Source of the DNA: an uncultured Acidobacteriota bacterium
GTDB lineage: Bacteria; Acidobacteriota; UBA6911
Direction: 5' to 3'
Length of the DNA: 64,000 nt
NCBI GenBank assembly: GCA_963843575.1
Contig: CAWJKZ010000014.1
Coordinates: 288,001-352,000, forward strand
In this document: positions 47,201 through 59,155 of the stretch, one piece after another
Layout of the letters: every line of letters begins with the position of its first letter
How positions within the stretch are numbered: the stretch's first letter is position 1
Notes under the pieces: model-generated
Told to the model about the DNA's origin: nothing
Databases searched by the model: none
The model's input: only the letters and a program-made list of their open reading frames with translations
Made by a program: the position numbers and the translations under genes

Positions 47201-48800
47201 CCACCAGCATCTCCACCGAGCGCTCCGCGCACAGCCCGACCAGCGTGTCCGGGCGCACGCCCAATCTGCGCAGATAACGAGCCAACTGGTTGGCCCGCGC
47301 GTTCAACTCCGCGTATGTCACGGTACTGCCCGAAAACACGACCGCGGCGGCATCAGGGGTGCGCATGGCCTGCTCTTCGAAGACCTGATGCACGCACCGG
47401 TCGCGTGGGTACTCACGCTTGGTGTCGTTCCAACGAGCCGCAGCGCGCGCACGTTCGGCGTCGCTCAGCAAGGACAGCCGTGCCAGGGGCCGGTTCAAAT
47501 CACCGGCCATTTCGGCGTGCAGGGTGCGGAGGTGCGCGACCATTCCGGCAATGAAACCGCGTTCGTACAGGCGGTCGTCAAAATCGACCGCCAACAGGAT
47601 TTCGTCGTCGTCGTACCCGGTGATGACCAGAGGATAGTTGGTCCGGGCCCGCAACTGGAACGTGCGATGCGGCCACTGCCCTCCTCGTTTTCGGAGCTGG
47701 GAGTTGATCTCGTAGCTTTCGAATGAGAGCAGGCTGTCGAAGAGGGAAACGCCGGCCTGGATGCCTCTCCAGCCCTGGATAGCGCTCAAGGGCACGTGCT
47801 CGTGCGGCCGCATTGCTGTCCACTGAGCCCTCAATCCCTGCAGCCAAGGGAGAATCCGGGCCTCGGGATCGACATCGACCGGCATCGGGAGGGTGTTGAT
47901 CAGAAGCCCCACGGCCTGCTCGGCCGACCCCGGTCCGGAATGCCGGCCGGAACGGGTCGCTCCGAAGACAACCTTCCTTTGGCCGCTGTAGCGGCTCAAC
48001 AGAATGGCCCAGGCACCCTGAAAAAGCGTGTTCAGGGTGAGACCGTGCTCGGCCGCCACCGAGCGGAGTCGCGAGCTGAGCGATCTCGAAAGGCGAGTGC
48101 TTTCCTGCGCGGCCGCTTGCATACGCACGGAGCACGAATATCGGTGCAAGACACCGGTCGCCGGCAACCCCGTCTTTTCATACCCCGCAAGTAGTCCGCG
48201 CCAGAACGCGGCCGACCGGTCTATGTCCTGCGCACGCAGCCACTCCAGATGTACCCCGAAGGGTACGGCGTCAGGGAGCGGGGCGCACCGCCCGGCGCAC
48301 AGTGCGTCATAAATCGTGAAGAGTTCCTGCAGCAGAATCAGTCGCGAGCGCCCGTCCAGCAATGCGTGGTGGGACGTCCAGATCAGTTGATGGTGGTCTT
48401 CGGCGAGAGACAACAGCGTGAGGCGAAAGAGCGGCGCCGTGGCAAGTTCAAAGCCGAGGCGGCGGTCTACCTCGAGAAACGCCTCTAGCTCGGATTCCTG
48501 CTCGGTGGAGGAACGGTCGTACCAGTCCCGTGATTCCCAGGGGATCGCGACCGTTGGGTGCACGATCTGAAGCGGGATGTCCAAGTTTTCCCAGGCGAAG
48601 CTGGTCCGCAGAACACAATGCCGCTCGGTCAACTGCGACCACGCGCGCTTGAGCGCGGGCACGGAGAGCGTCTCGCGCAGATCGCAGATGAACTGCTGGA
48701 GGTAAATCCCTTGTTGCGGAGCCGCCAGGGTGTGGAAGAGCATTCCCTGTTGCATGGCGGTAAGCGGATAGGCGTTCCGCGGTTTGTCTTCGTGCTCCAT
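41228..48800 (-). CDS. NRPS C-A(Val)-T-C-A(Ala)-T-reductase-like (AAR/COG5322), split by one frameshift ~47050
   Basis: HHALLDG, YTSGSTG (x2), GGHSL (x2), HHIAADG; terminal SLTGLIP/ITTGH/GLGSIG/DDSAP/GC domain; two overlapping ORFs join inside A1. Confidence 0.9.
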
Positions 48801-49179
48801 CGACCGACCTCGAGACGGAAAACGATACTCGGTCGCCGCCGCCGTGAAGCGGACGCAAAACCGTCTTAGGCTTCCCTCCAAACCCGCTGGGGATCATCTA
48901 TCGTATCGAGGGAAATGGCCGTCGACATTATTCTTATCCGGGCACTCCCCTTCCCTCCCGTCGGGGAGACGGGACGCCTCGGATGGGCCATTGCAGCTGG
49001 CGGGGCGGTTGGCGGGATCCGGGGCTGACATCAAATGCGGACGCGATTCACGCCTGACGCACGTGTGCGCCAGGCCATCTCCCCCGGCCCGCTGAATATC
49101 GATGCGACCGCGAACTCCACAGTGCACGGTCCTGGGCGTCGGGGGCGAGTCGAACCCGCCCCCGACGGTGTTTTTTCAG

Positions 49180-52100
49180 CTAGGGCGACGTGAACAGCCA
49201 CGCCCCGGCGATCTGCCAGTTCAGATCCTCGATCTTCATGATCCATTCGCCGCTGCCGCGGACGGTGCCGTTCATGAGCCAGACGTAGTTCTCACCCGTC
49301 GCAGAGTTCCGCCAGAGGATGTCCGGCTTCCCGTCGCAGTTGAAATCCGCAACCCCGCCGATCTTCCAATTCAGGTCTGGAACCTTCAGGAGCCAGGCGC
49401 CTCCGGTCCGGTTCGGCCCGTTCATGAACCACACGTAGTCTTCTCCGGTTGAGGAGTTTCGCCACACCAGGTCCGGGAGATTGTCCGCGTTGAAATCTCC
49501 CACTCCCACGACCTTCCAGTTCAGGTCGGGCAGGGACTGGACCCACGCTCCTCCGACCCGCGCCGTACCGTTCATGAACCAGATGTAATTCTCACCCGTG
49601 GAGGAATGCCGCCACAGGATGTCCGCCTTCCCGTCCCCGCTGAAGTCGGCCACGCCTGCGATCTTCCAGTTCAGGTCCGCTACCTTGAGGATCCACGCAC
49701 CGTTGATGCGCTTTTCCCCGTCCATGAACCAGACATAGTTGTCCCCCGTCGCGGAGTTGCGCCACAGGATGTCCGTCCTGCCATCGGCGTTGAAATCCGC
49801 GGCCCCTCCGATCTTCCAGTTCTGGTCCGCTATCGTCAGGACCCAGGCACCGTCTCGCCGCGTGCTTCCGTCCATCAGCCAAAGGTAGTTCTGGCCGGTG
49901 GCTTGGTTGCGCCACAAGATGCGTGCTTCGCATTGATAGAGGCAGATCAGCTTTCCGAATTTCGCCACGAACGCGTCCGTCATCCCGTTGTAGGTGATGT
50001 CGTAGGCGCTCGGTACGGTATACCCCTGGGGTGGGACCGGCAGTACGGGGAACATTTTGTACGTTTGTGGCGGCTGGGTCCGAACCGGGCTGACCCCCAC
50101 GGTGCCGGACAAGGTCATGCCCGAGAGATAAACGTTGTTGTGGACGTTGTCCAGGGCGATGGCGAAGGCGCTGTCGAGCTTGTCCGGGACATACTCGGGC
50201 AGGGAGCTTGCAGAGGTGTCGCTCTTCTCGAGACCGACGAAGGTGGAGAAGAACAGGTCGGCGAGGTCGTCCGAAAACATCGACAGGATGGCGTCCGTCG
50301 CCCCGTTATAGGTTCGGTCCGGGGCCCCGGGCGTCGTGGGAAAGGCCAGCGGGTCCGCGGGGAGGCGCGAGGATGAACTCTCCCCCGCCACGTAGACATT
50401 CCCGCACCAGTCGAGATCGATCGACCATGCCGCCTCGTATCCGTCTCCGCCCAGATACGTAGAGGCTGGAAGTGTCTTGAGGTCCGGCGCGAATTTGGCC
50501 ACAAATGCATCCTGGTTCATATTTCCCGCGAGTCCGGTCTGAAAAGCGCCCGGAGTCGTCGGGAAATCTGACGACATGGTGTATCCACTGACGTACACGT
50601 AGCCGGCATTGGAGACTGAGAGGCCCCAGGCCGCTTCATCGAACGTTCCCCCCAGGAAGGTCGAGGCGACGAGGCTGGTGAGGCCGGCGTTAAACCGCGA
50701 AACGAAAGCGTCGCCTTCCCCGTTCGTCGTGCCGCCGTTGAAGTCCGTGTCGTACGCGTAGGCCGTGGTCGGAAAATCGCCGGGATTGGCCGGCCTGGTC
50801 TCGCCCGCCACATACACGAGGTCGGTGTACTCATTGCTGACCATGGTCCTCTTGACGAAGATGGCCCGGGCCCTGTGGCGGCCCCCGAATCCCAGATAGG
50901 TCGAAGCGAGCAGCTTGGTCAGGCCGCCGTCGAGCTTCGACACGAAGGCCGAGTCCGAGTTCACCGCGCTCGAAGCGAAGGCGGCGCCGGGCGTGGTCGG
51001 AAAGCCATACCCATCGAACCACCCGGCGACATACACATCGGCCTGCGGCGTGACGTGTATGGAGCAAGCTTCGTCGTGGGAGTCGCCGCCGAGCAGGGTG
51101 GATGCGACCAGCTGCTTCAGGTCGGAGTCGAACTTCACGACGAAGGCGTCGTGCAGGAAGTACTCGTGCAATTCCACGCCGGGGGGGATGTCGCTGGCCA
51201 GAATCCGGTCATAAGCCCCCGAAGTGGTCGGGAAATCCTCGGACCCCGTGATGCCGGTCGCATAAACGAAATCCTGGCCGGTCGTCGAATCGTGATAGAG
51301 AAACAGGTCGTTGATGTAATCGACTCCGGTGCCGCCGAGCAGCGTGGAGCCAAGGAGTTGCGTGAGATCGCTGGTGAACTTGGAGACGAAGGCGTCCGGC
51401 CTGGAGTTGCCCGCGTAGCTTGAATCGTAGGCGCCCAACGTCTTGGGGAAGTTCGTCGAGTACGTGTAGCCGGCTACGTAGACCAGGCCTTTACCGTCGA
51501 CGCCGACGGTGTATGCCGCCTCGTCGTCACTCCCCCCAAGGAAGGTCGCGGCCAGCAGCGGATCGATGACCAGCTCCGCGCCGCGATCATATTTCCCCAC
51601 CCGGAACCCATAACGGTCCCCGTCGACGACGTACGCGACTTCGAGGTCGCGGCGGACGCCGTCGATAACCTGGTAGGCGACGGGTTGTGTAAACCTGACC
51701 GCCCCGAGCCCGGTCTGGATCTCCAGCTCACCGTCTTTGTTGCTGCCGAGGCCGCTGGCCCCGTCGATTCTGACCCGGACAAGCCCGGGATCCCCGCCCG
51801 GCTGGACGCGGAAGATCTTCTCCACGGTGCCGCCACGCGCCCGCAAGTCCAACTGGATGCCTTGGTACAGCTCGCCGAACGAGACGACGTTGTAGGTCGG
51901 TATGTCTCTCCTCCATTGCGACGGAGCCGTGTGCCGGAAGTAATTCACCCGGGCGCGGGTCTGCTCTTCACCGCGGAGGCCTACCGGGAGAGATCCCACA
52001 AAGGTCTCCTTCAATGCCCAGCCCTGGAATCCGTCGCCGCGCTTTGACAGGAAGCGCGAACGGTTCCCGGTGTGGACCGGTGCCGCGGTCTTGTCCGCCG

Positions 52101-52383
52101 GTGCGGCAACCTTGTCCGCGGGCGCCGCTTTGAGGAACGAATAAACAATCTCCGCGCGCTCCGTGACGAAAACCGAACCGGCGAGACCCCGGGCGAAGTA
52201 CCTGACAGGCGGTGCCACTTGGCCGCGGTTCTCCTCAAAGAGTGTCGCTCCCGAAGCAAGGGGGGGCGTGGAAAAGGGCGGGCGCCTGACTGCGGTCGCC
52301 GCGGGTCCGAGGGAGAAGCAGAGGACCAGCAAGATGCTGAGCAGGATTGCCTGGCTGATTGGGATTGCCCTGCGCTTTGTCAT
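49180..52383 (-). CDS. Large secreted SBBP (beta-propeller) repeat protein with C-terminal FG-GAP/VCBS-like repeats
   Basis: Signal peptide; FEENRGQ, YQGI, LVIDP N-domain; repeated VYVAG-x-T-x-S-x-DFPTT/DAFV-x-K units; C-terminal DFN-x-DG-x-x-DILWR repeats. Confidence 0.88.
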   Translation of the reverse strand: MTKRRAIPISQAILLSILLVLCFSLGPAATAVRRPPFSTPPLASGATLFEENRGQVAPPVRYFARGLAGSVFVTERAEIVYSFLKAAPADKVAAPADKTAAPVHTGNRSRFLSKRGDGFQGWALKETFVGSLPVGLRGEEQTRARVNYFRHTAPSQWRRDIPTYNVVSFGELYQGIQLDLRARGGTVEKIFRVQPGGDPGLVRVRIDGASGLGSNKDGELEIQTGLGAVRFTQPVAYQVIDGVRRDLEVAYVVDGDRYGFRVGKYDRGAELVIDPLLAATFLGGSDDEAAYTVGVDGKGLVYVAGYTYSTNFPKTLGAYDSSYAGNSRPDAFVSKFTSDLTQLLGSTLLGGTGVDYINDLFLYHDSTTGQDFVYATGITGSEDFPTTSGAYDRILASDIPPGVELHEYFLHDAFVVKFDSDLKQLVASTLLGGDSHDEACSIHVTPQADVYVAGWFDGYGFPTTPGAAFASSAVNSDSAFVSKLDGGLTKLLASTYLGFGGRHRARAIFVKRTMVSNEYTDLVYVAGETRPANPGDFPTTAYAYDTDFNGGTTNGEGDAFVSRFNAGLTSLVASTFLGGTFDEAAWGLSVSNAGYVYVSGYTMSSDFPTTPGAFQTGLAGNMNQDAFVAKFAPDLKTLPASTYLGGDGYEAAWSIDLDWCGNVYVAGESSSSRLPADPLAFPTTPGAPDRTYNGATDAILSMFSDDLADLFFSTFVGLEKSDTSASSLPEYVPDKLDSAFAIALDNVHNNVYLSGMTLSGTVGVSPVRTQPPQTYKMFPVLPVPPQGYTVPSAYDITYNGMTDAFVAKFGKLICLYQCEARILWRNQATGQNYLWLMDGSTRRDGAWVLTIADQNWKIGGAADFNADGRTDILWRNSATGDNYVWFMDGEKRINGAWILKVADLNWKIAGVADFSGDGKADILWRHSSTGENYIWFMNGTARVGGAWVQSLPDLNWKVVGVGDFNADNLPDLVWRNSSTGEDYVWFMNGPNRTGGAWLLKVPDLNWKIGGVADFNCDGKPDILWRNSATGENYVWLMNGTVRGSGEWIMKIEDLNWQIAGAWLFTSP
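49190..49925 (-). repeat. Five ~150-bp (50-aa) intragenic tandem repeats
   Basis: ILWRN-x-x-TG-x-NYVW-x-M-x-G...W-x-L-x-V-x-DLNWKI repeated with visible DNA-level identity. Confidence 0.85.
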
Positions 52384-52996
52384 TGGGATTATCCTCCGAC
52401 CTTTGAAGAACCACCTGCGTGATCGGTGCTTGCAGTCCGATTCGTCGGACAAGTTCGGCACCCGGCCAGGCCCCGCAGTCCGGGGTCCAGTTCTGGTGGG
52501 TGGTATGCGACTTTTGCGGGAGTGCGGGTCTGATCGAGGTCCTGCCGGCGCGGAAACTTGCTGGGATCAAACGCCCATCGACCGGGGTCTGCGGACAGAC
52601 GCCCTCCGGCGACGGGATACGCTGCAACGACACCCGAACTGGCCGTCCCACACAGTTCCTAGCCATGGTCGTGCCCCGGCTGGGATTCGATCACTGAACG
52701 TTTCAAAGATCCTAAGTCCAAACGATGCGGGCGGGCAATGAAATAATCTTAGAGAGAACTAAGCTACCCGTACTTCTGCCGAGTTACCTCCTAACAAGCT
52801 TGTAGAGACTTCTAAACCGGAATCGGATCTGTCGATTCATCGGCTGAATTGATCGGTGTCGCCTCGCGCACCGGTCGGAGGAGGCGGACGGGCCAGTGTG
52901 AATCTTGGGGCCGTGCCAAACGACAGGCAGCCCGCCTGCAGGCAGAGCGGCCTACAAGTGCCGGACCGAGGACCAACGACACAAGGAGAGATCGGT

Positions 52997-53552
52997 ATGC
53001 CGCGACCCAAAGCATCATGGAAGATGTTGTGCATGTTAGCTGTACTGGCCCTGACCGGAGTTCACGCCTTTGCCGCCACCCAGGCCACCGGCAGGAACAC
53101 CCTCTCGCCCACGCTGGTTGTGAACGTAACGGTGCAGCAATCGGTTTCGCTCACGCTTTCGACCGGCGCCTAATGTACCGTCAACACCGGAGGGGGTGGG
53201 GACTACAACGTGAGTTTCGGAAACGTCGACGCGCTGGCCGTCAGCGGGCCGTCCTGCGGCGGCAAATTCGCGCCGGCCACGCCGGGAAGTACCAATGCCG
53301 TGTACCGACTACCGCGTGACGCCCATGTTCACGAGCCAGCCGGTGTCGACCAACACAATCACCGCCTACGTGTCGAGCACATTCACAAAAGCGAATCTGT
53401 CGATCGTGCAATCCGCCACGGCTCCGGCCGCTGTCGGTGATATGACGGCGATGTCGACGAACGCCGGCGCGCAGACGTCGGTAGCCACCAATGCGACGAG
53501 CGGCACGACCTTGACCCGCTGTGCCTTCCGGAACCCTGAGACTGCAGCCTGA
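52997..53552 (+). pseudogene. Secreted beta-rich (pilin/fimbrial-like) protein, broken by frameshifts ~53170 and ~53305
   Basis: AAGGAG RBS, signal peptide AFA-A, LVVNVTVQQSVSLTL, then SFGNVDAL and T/S/A-rich segments in shifted frames. Confidence 0.5.
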
Positions 53553-53861
53553 GCCGGCTCAAATCGATAACGCCAGCATCGTCATCTCCAACGCCGATCT
53601 GCTGGATTATCTGCTCCCCTCCGGCGACACAAGGCAATAGCGAACCGAGAAGGCTCGCTATCGCAAGCGGGGACGCCCGAATTTCGCTTGCTACACGTCG
53701 TCTTCCGTTATAAAAATTCTTCTCACTCGGGAACCCCGGATATGATCACAGACCGGCACTGCTGGTGCTTCGGCAACCGGGCCAGTCCACCGGGTGTCTT
53801 TCGTGCGCGAGATCATCAAACCTGATTGATTGCCAGTTTTTCCTGGGAGGGAGAATCCAAG

Positions 53862-54941
53862 GTGTACAAAGTCGCAGTGATTCCTGGAGACGGAACAGGG
53901 CCGGAAGTGACGGCCGAGGCTGTGAAAGTTCTCAACGCCGCGGCAGACAGGTTCGGCTTTGAGGTGCAGCTCACCGAATACGATTTCGGCGGTGAGCGAT
54001 ACAAGCGAACGGGCGAGACGCTGCCGGACGGGGCTCTCTCCGAGTTGCGGACGTTCGACGCCATACTGTTGGGCGCGATCGGACACCCCGATGTGGCGCC
54101 GGGAATCCTGGAGAAAGGGATCCTGCTCAAAGCCCGCTTCGAGTTGGATCAGTACATCAACCTCCGTCCGGTCAAGCTCTTCCCGGGTGTGGAGACACCG
54201 CTGAGAGACAAGGGGCCTGACGACATCGATTTCGTCGTTGTGCGGGAGAACTCGGGCGATTTGTACACAGGCGCCGGCGGTTTTACGATGAAGGGGACAC
54301 CGCAGGAAGTGGCGGTGCAGGCTTCCGTATACACGCGTTTCCAGGTCGACCGCTGCCTGCGCTTCGCCTTCGAGTATGCCCGAAAACACGGCAAGAAGGC
54401 GCGCGGCAAAGGGAGCAAGAACACGCTGGCCCTGTGCGGCAAGACCAACGTCCTGACCTATGTGTATGACCTCTGGGAGCGCGCCTTCCACGAGATGGGG
54501 CAGGCCGAGTATCCCGACATCACGCGGGAGTACTACCACGTCGATGCGACCTGCATGTGGTTCGTGAAAAACCCGGAGTGGTTCGACGTGATCGTCACGG
54601 GCAACATGTTCGGCGACATCATCACGGACCTGGGCGCCATGATCCAGGGAGGCATGGGCATCGCAGCCGGCGGAAACCTCAATCCCGAAGGCGTGAGCAT
54701 GTTCGAGCCCATCGGCGGCAGCGCCCCGAAGTACACGGGCAAGGGTGTCATCAATCCGCTGGCGGCGATCTGCGCCATGCAGATGATGCTGGCGGACCTC
54801 GGCGAAGAGAAAGCCGCCGATGCCGTCGAGAAAGCTGTCATGCACGTTACGGCCAACAAGCTGAAGTCGCTCCAGGCCGGACGCATGGGATACTCCACTT
54901 CCGAGGTCGGGGATCTCGTGGTAGAGAAGGTGGTTGGATAG
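53862..54941 (+). CDS. leuB: 3-isopropylmalate dehydrogenase
   Basis: VIPGDGTGPEV, NLRP, VVRENS, NMFGDIITD, FEPIGGSAP. Confidence 0.85.
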   Translation: MYKVAVIPGDGTGPEVTAEAVKVLNAAADRFGFEVQLTEYDFGGERYKRTGETLPDGALSELRTFDAILLGAIGHPDVAPGILEKGILLKARFELDQYINLRPVKLFPGVETPLRDKGPDDIDFVVVRENSGDLYTGAGGFTMKGTPQEVAVQASVYTRFQVDRCLRFAFEYARKHGKKARGKGSKNTLALCGKTNVLTYVYDLWERAFHEMGQAEYPDITREYYHVDATCMWFVKNPEWFDVIVTGNMFGDIITDLGAMIQGGMGIAAGGNLNPEGVSMFEPIGGSAPKYTGKGVINPLAAICAMQMMLADLGEEKAADAVEKAVMHVTANKLKSLQAGRMGYSTSEVGDLVVEKVVG

Positions 54942-55127
54942 TTTCGCCCCGGCCTCGCAACCCACGCTTCGCTTCGCCGGGGCGAAGCCTGCCCTCTCTC
55001 AGCACCTGCCAGGGATCTGACCGCCGCCGGGGTTGATCCGGGTACTCGCCCATTCCCCGCCCTTGTTGGGACGATCTCCCAACCCTGGAGCACGCAGACA
55101 GTTCCCTGCCCTATTCGGCTTGTATCT

Positions 55128-58100
55128 CTAGTACAGGATCTTCAGCGAAAACTGAATCTGTCTTGATGTGCCGGCGGTCCGGAAGACCTGGCCGAATCCG
55201 GGACCGGACACGATGTTCGCCGGCAATCCGAAATTCACCAGGTTGAAGATGTTGAAGAACTCGGCGCGGAACTGAAGCACCGCCCGCTCCGGGTTGCTCC
55301 CGAGGGCGATCGGCGTATTTTTGATGACCGAGAGATCGAAGTTGCGGAAACCCGGCCCGCGAAAGGTATTCCGGCCGATCGAGCCGAAACGTCCCTGGTT
55401 CGGTCCGGTACCTCCTGGAACCCCTATCGGGATGGAGAAAAAGCTCGCGTTATTCGTGCCGCGCCCGAAATAATCCTCTCTCACGGTCCGGCCGGTGGAC
55501 AATTCCGGCGTGCCGACCTGGTCGGGCCTGTCGGCCCCGTTTGTACCCTGACCCGTCTGCTGGATCCCCGAATAGACCGTGAACGGTGATCCCGTGGTGA
55601 ACGATCCCATTCCCAGAACCTGCCAGCCGTCCACGAAGCGCCGGCCGAGGCCTCGCAGCAGAGGAGTTCTCCTGAACGACAGCTCCTGGATCAGGCTGAA
55701 CGACGACGCGTGCGTCACGTCGAACGTCGACGGCCCTTTTTCGGCCTTCAGATTGTGGAGATCCTGCGGTGTCGTCTGCAGCACGGCCCCGGATGCCCCC
55801 GAGAACAACCCGCCCAGCACGGCGCTGGTATCGTCCAGGGACCTGGAAAATGTATAGCTGCCCTGGAAACCAAGGCCCGCGCGCAGCGAGGTTTTCGCCA
55901 CCGATACCTGCAGCGAGTGATAGGTCGAGTGCGAGCCGTTCGTTATGATGATGGCAGGACCGTATCCCCAGGTCACCTGCCCGGCGGAATCAAATTGCGT
56001 ATAGCGCGCTCGTGTCCGGCATCTGCCCCGCCGTATGCGTTCGGGAACTCCATCCTTTCCAGCCTCACCCCGACCGTGGCGACATACGCGGCGGAGAGTG
56101 TCACGTCGCGCAGACTCCGTTCCACGCCCAGCGTATAGCTTCCGACGTAGCCGTTCACGAGGTTCTGAGCCATCCCCTGGGCCGCGATGGGGCGGACCTG
56201 CTTGTCGGGACTCAGCGCCGCGAGTTCTCGTTCAAAGCGCTGTACATCCATCTCGGTGTTCGCCGGCACATCAGTCGAACGACCCGATGCGAAGACGTTC
56301 CTGCCGTCGGGGGTGAAGACATCCGGCACCTGGATCGATTGCACCGACGTGCGGAAAGGGACCGGCGCTCCCGGGACAGCGGCCTCATACAGCGCCACGG
56401 TAAACGGCAGCCCGGCGGTGACGCAGTTGGTCTGCCACAGGTTGGGCAGTAGCGGCGTAATCGCGCCACCGGCGCGTACGACCGTCTGCTTGTCGACCTG
56501 CCAGTCGAACGACAATCGCGGGCTCCAGCCCTTCCAGTCCATTCCGTATGGCGGCTGTGGGTTGATCAAAAAACGCGTAGAGGCCAGCGTATCCCCGAAG
56601 AATATGCCGGACGTCATGTGCTTCGGCTCCGCGATGCGGGTGTTGACCTCATACCGCAGACCGTAGCTCAAGGCAAATCTGGGCACAACCGTCCAGGTAT
56701 CGCTGAAAAAGGCGTTGTACGCCTGCCGGCGCACTCCGACATTGCCCATGCGGGATCCCTGGGGGAAGATCGAAGGCGCGGCGGTGGTCGCGAACGAAAA
56801 TGGAGTCGCCGTAAGGAAGCCGCTGAGCGCATCGGGCAAAGCGTCGCCGGTGTGGATGTCGTGCGTCCCGCTGCGTGAACGAATTTCCACCGGCGAGTAG
56901 GCGGCGCCGCCCCCGAATGTGTACAACCCGCTCGGATTGATGCCGTATATGGTTACGTCGACATTGAATCGCCCCTCAAAGCCCGCCTGCCATTTGTGCC
57001 TGCCCTTGTCCCAGCTGAGATTCTGGCGCACCTGGATGAGATTCCCGTAGGCGCCCAGGACGGTGCCTGCCGTGAGATTGAAAGGCTCGTAAAGCCCGTC
57101 GCCGAATGAATACCCCGGTTCCGTGTGGTTTTGCGCCTGGAAATTGGGCGTGGAACGCACGAACCCAAGGTAGCTCTCCGAGGTGAAGAACGGCGAGGGA
57201 GTGTAAGTGGCGGAAAGTCCTCCCGCCCGCTGCCGGTCGAAGAAGCGCACGGCAAACGACGGGTCGATCGCCGCCTGGGAAGGGTTGGTCAGCGGCCCGT
57301 CGACATTGTTGAGATTGAAGCGCGCAAACAGCTGCAGCCGCGCCGATGAGCTGTGGTCCAACCTGACGGAGAACTGATCGCTGACGGTGCGCACCTTCGA
57401 GGAGATGGCATAGGTCCGCTCGCCAAACGGGCCCAGGGGATCGTTCGGCATTGGGTACCGGGCGAGCACCGGCAGGATCTTGTCGTTCACCGGCACTTGG
57501 AGAGCGTCTCCGGAATAGGCGGTCGTATCGACGCCGCGCCGTTCGTCGGCCGTTGGAACGGAGAGCATCTGGGTGGTGCCGAGCACCTGCCGGAATCCCT
57601 GGTACTGAAGGAAATAAAATGTCCGGCTGCGTCCGTCGTAGAGGCTCGGGATCAACACGGGACCGCCGTTGGTGAAACCGAATTCATTGCGGTTGAACGG
57701 CGGAATCCGCCCCGGCTGTGCGACGGAGCTGCGATCGAAAAAATTGCGCGCATCGAACGCCGCATTCCGCACGAATTCGAACAGGCTGCCGTGAACGTCG
57801 TTCGTGCCCGACTTGGTAATCACTTCGGTGAATCCGGCCGCGCCGTGCCCAATATCGGCGGTCAGGACGCCCGTGCTCGATTTGATCTCCTCGATGGCGT
57901 CCACGTTGAAGTTCGAAAAAGTGGCGCCGCCCATCTGCGGGTCGGTGGTGTCGGTCCCATCCATGGCGAAGACGGTGGCCGATCCCCGCTGACCGTTGAC
58001 GGTGAACTGCTGCGTGAAATTGGCGGCGCCGTTGGTATCCGTCTGGGTCCCGGCGGCCAGGAGCAGAAGCTGGCTGAAATCCCTCTTGTTCAAGGGAAGG

Positions 58101-58549
58101 GCGGAGACCTGCTTGCTCGACAACTGTTCGCCGCCGCTGGCGTCCCCTGCGATCGCCTCGAGGGTAACCCCGCCGCTGCTCCCGATGCGCAGGTTGTCCG
58201 TCCTGCCGGTGCCGGCGTCAAATTTCAGGCCCGAGATCGAGGCGGCGGAACGTCCGTTCCATTCCACGGTAAGAGCATAGTTGCCCGGCTTCAGATCGCT
58301 GAACTCGAAGGTGCCGTCGCTGCCGCTCTTCGCGGACCTGCTGCCCTCCTGACCCTGCAACGTGATGGACGCGCCGACGACGCGCTGCCCCGCCGTGTCA
58401 CGAATGATGCCGCGCCAACTGGTGCGATGCTCGCGACTCGATCCCGGCTCGGCCCCGATCAGGATGATCACTGCGATAAATGAGATGATCGCGGGAAGGC
58501 AAGGGAGAAAAAGACCGGCTTTGCTGCTTGGGAGAGCCCTGACACTCAT
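55128..58549 (-). CDS. Oar-like / TonB-dependent receptor-like outer-membrane protein (frameshift ~56010)
   Basis: Carboxypeptidase-regulatory-like N-domain, LPLNKRDF, TKSGTN, F-x-RN, GLRYE, QFRAEFFNIFN, RQIQFSLKILY C-terminus. Confidence 0.87.
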
Positions 58550-58781
58550 ATTACCGCCTGTGGTTCGGCTGATCAGTGAAATGGATCGCTTCATCCACTC
58601 AAACGGCCAAGCCTGCCAGAACTGATGATGAGATCTCGCTCGGGGCAGGAAGCACCACACGCATCCGCCATGGTGCCCATCGATTCGGGGCCGAATTATA
58701 CAGGCTCGCCCACCGATAGCGGCACATGAAGGTCACCGAATCTTCGCTTCCTGCAGATGTTTGTGAATGTACTGCCTCGGT

Positions 58782-58856
<75 letters not shown>

Positions 58857-59155
58857 TCGAGACTACGCCGGCCCATTAGGGCCGCGGACTGAAAAGGCGA
58901 TCCCGGCCGCCCTTTGCGCATCGTGCCGTTTCACGGAAAGTCACTTTAGCCCGAGCGTCCCGTTTTTTCAAGCGGGTTGCTGAGATTGCTGTAAAGGATC
59001 CCTGGATCAGGGACAAGGTGTGTCCGCTGCTGCGCCGGATTTTCTTGCCATCCGTGCTATGCTGGTGGCGCCAGCGCGAAGGGGTCTCCAGTATAGCGAT
59101 GTATCCATGATGCGCCGTCGCCGGTTTTCCGGCCGGGCGGGCAGATGCGACAAAT

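Noticed and set aside
49190-49925. Regular repeats that might be a CRISPR array
   Set aside because: 150-bp period, in-frame protein repeats, no unique spacers and no cas genes.
52400-52990. c-di-GMP riboswitch in the long divergent intergenic region
   Set aside because: No GEMM-type GGCAAA...GACGCAAA core seen; an Infernal/Rfam scan would settle it.
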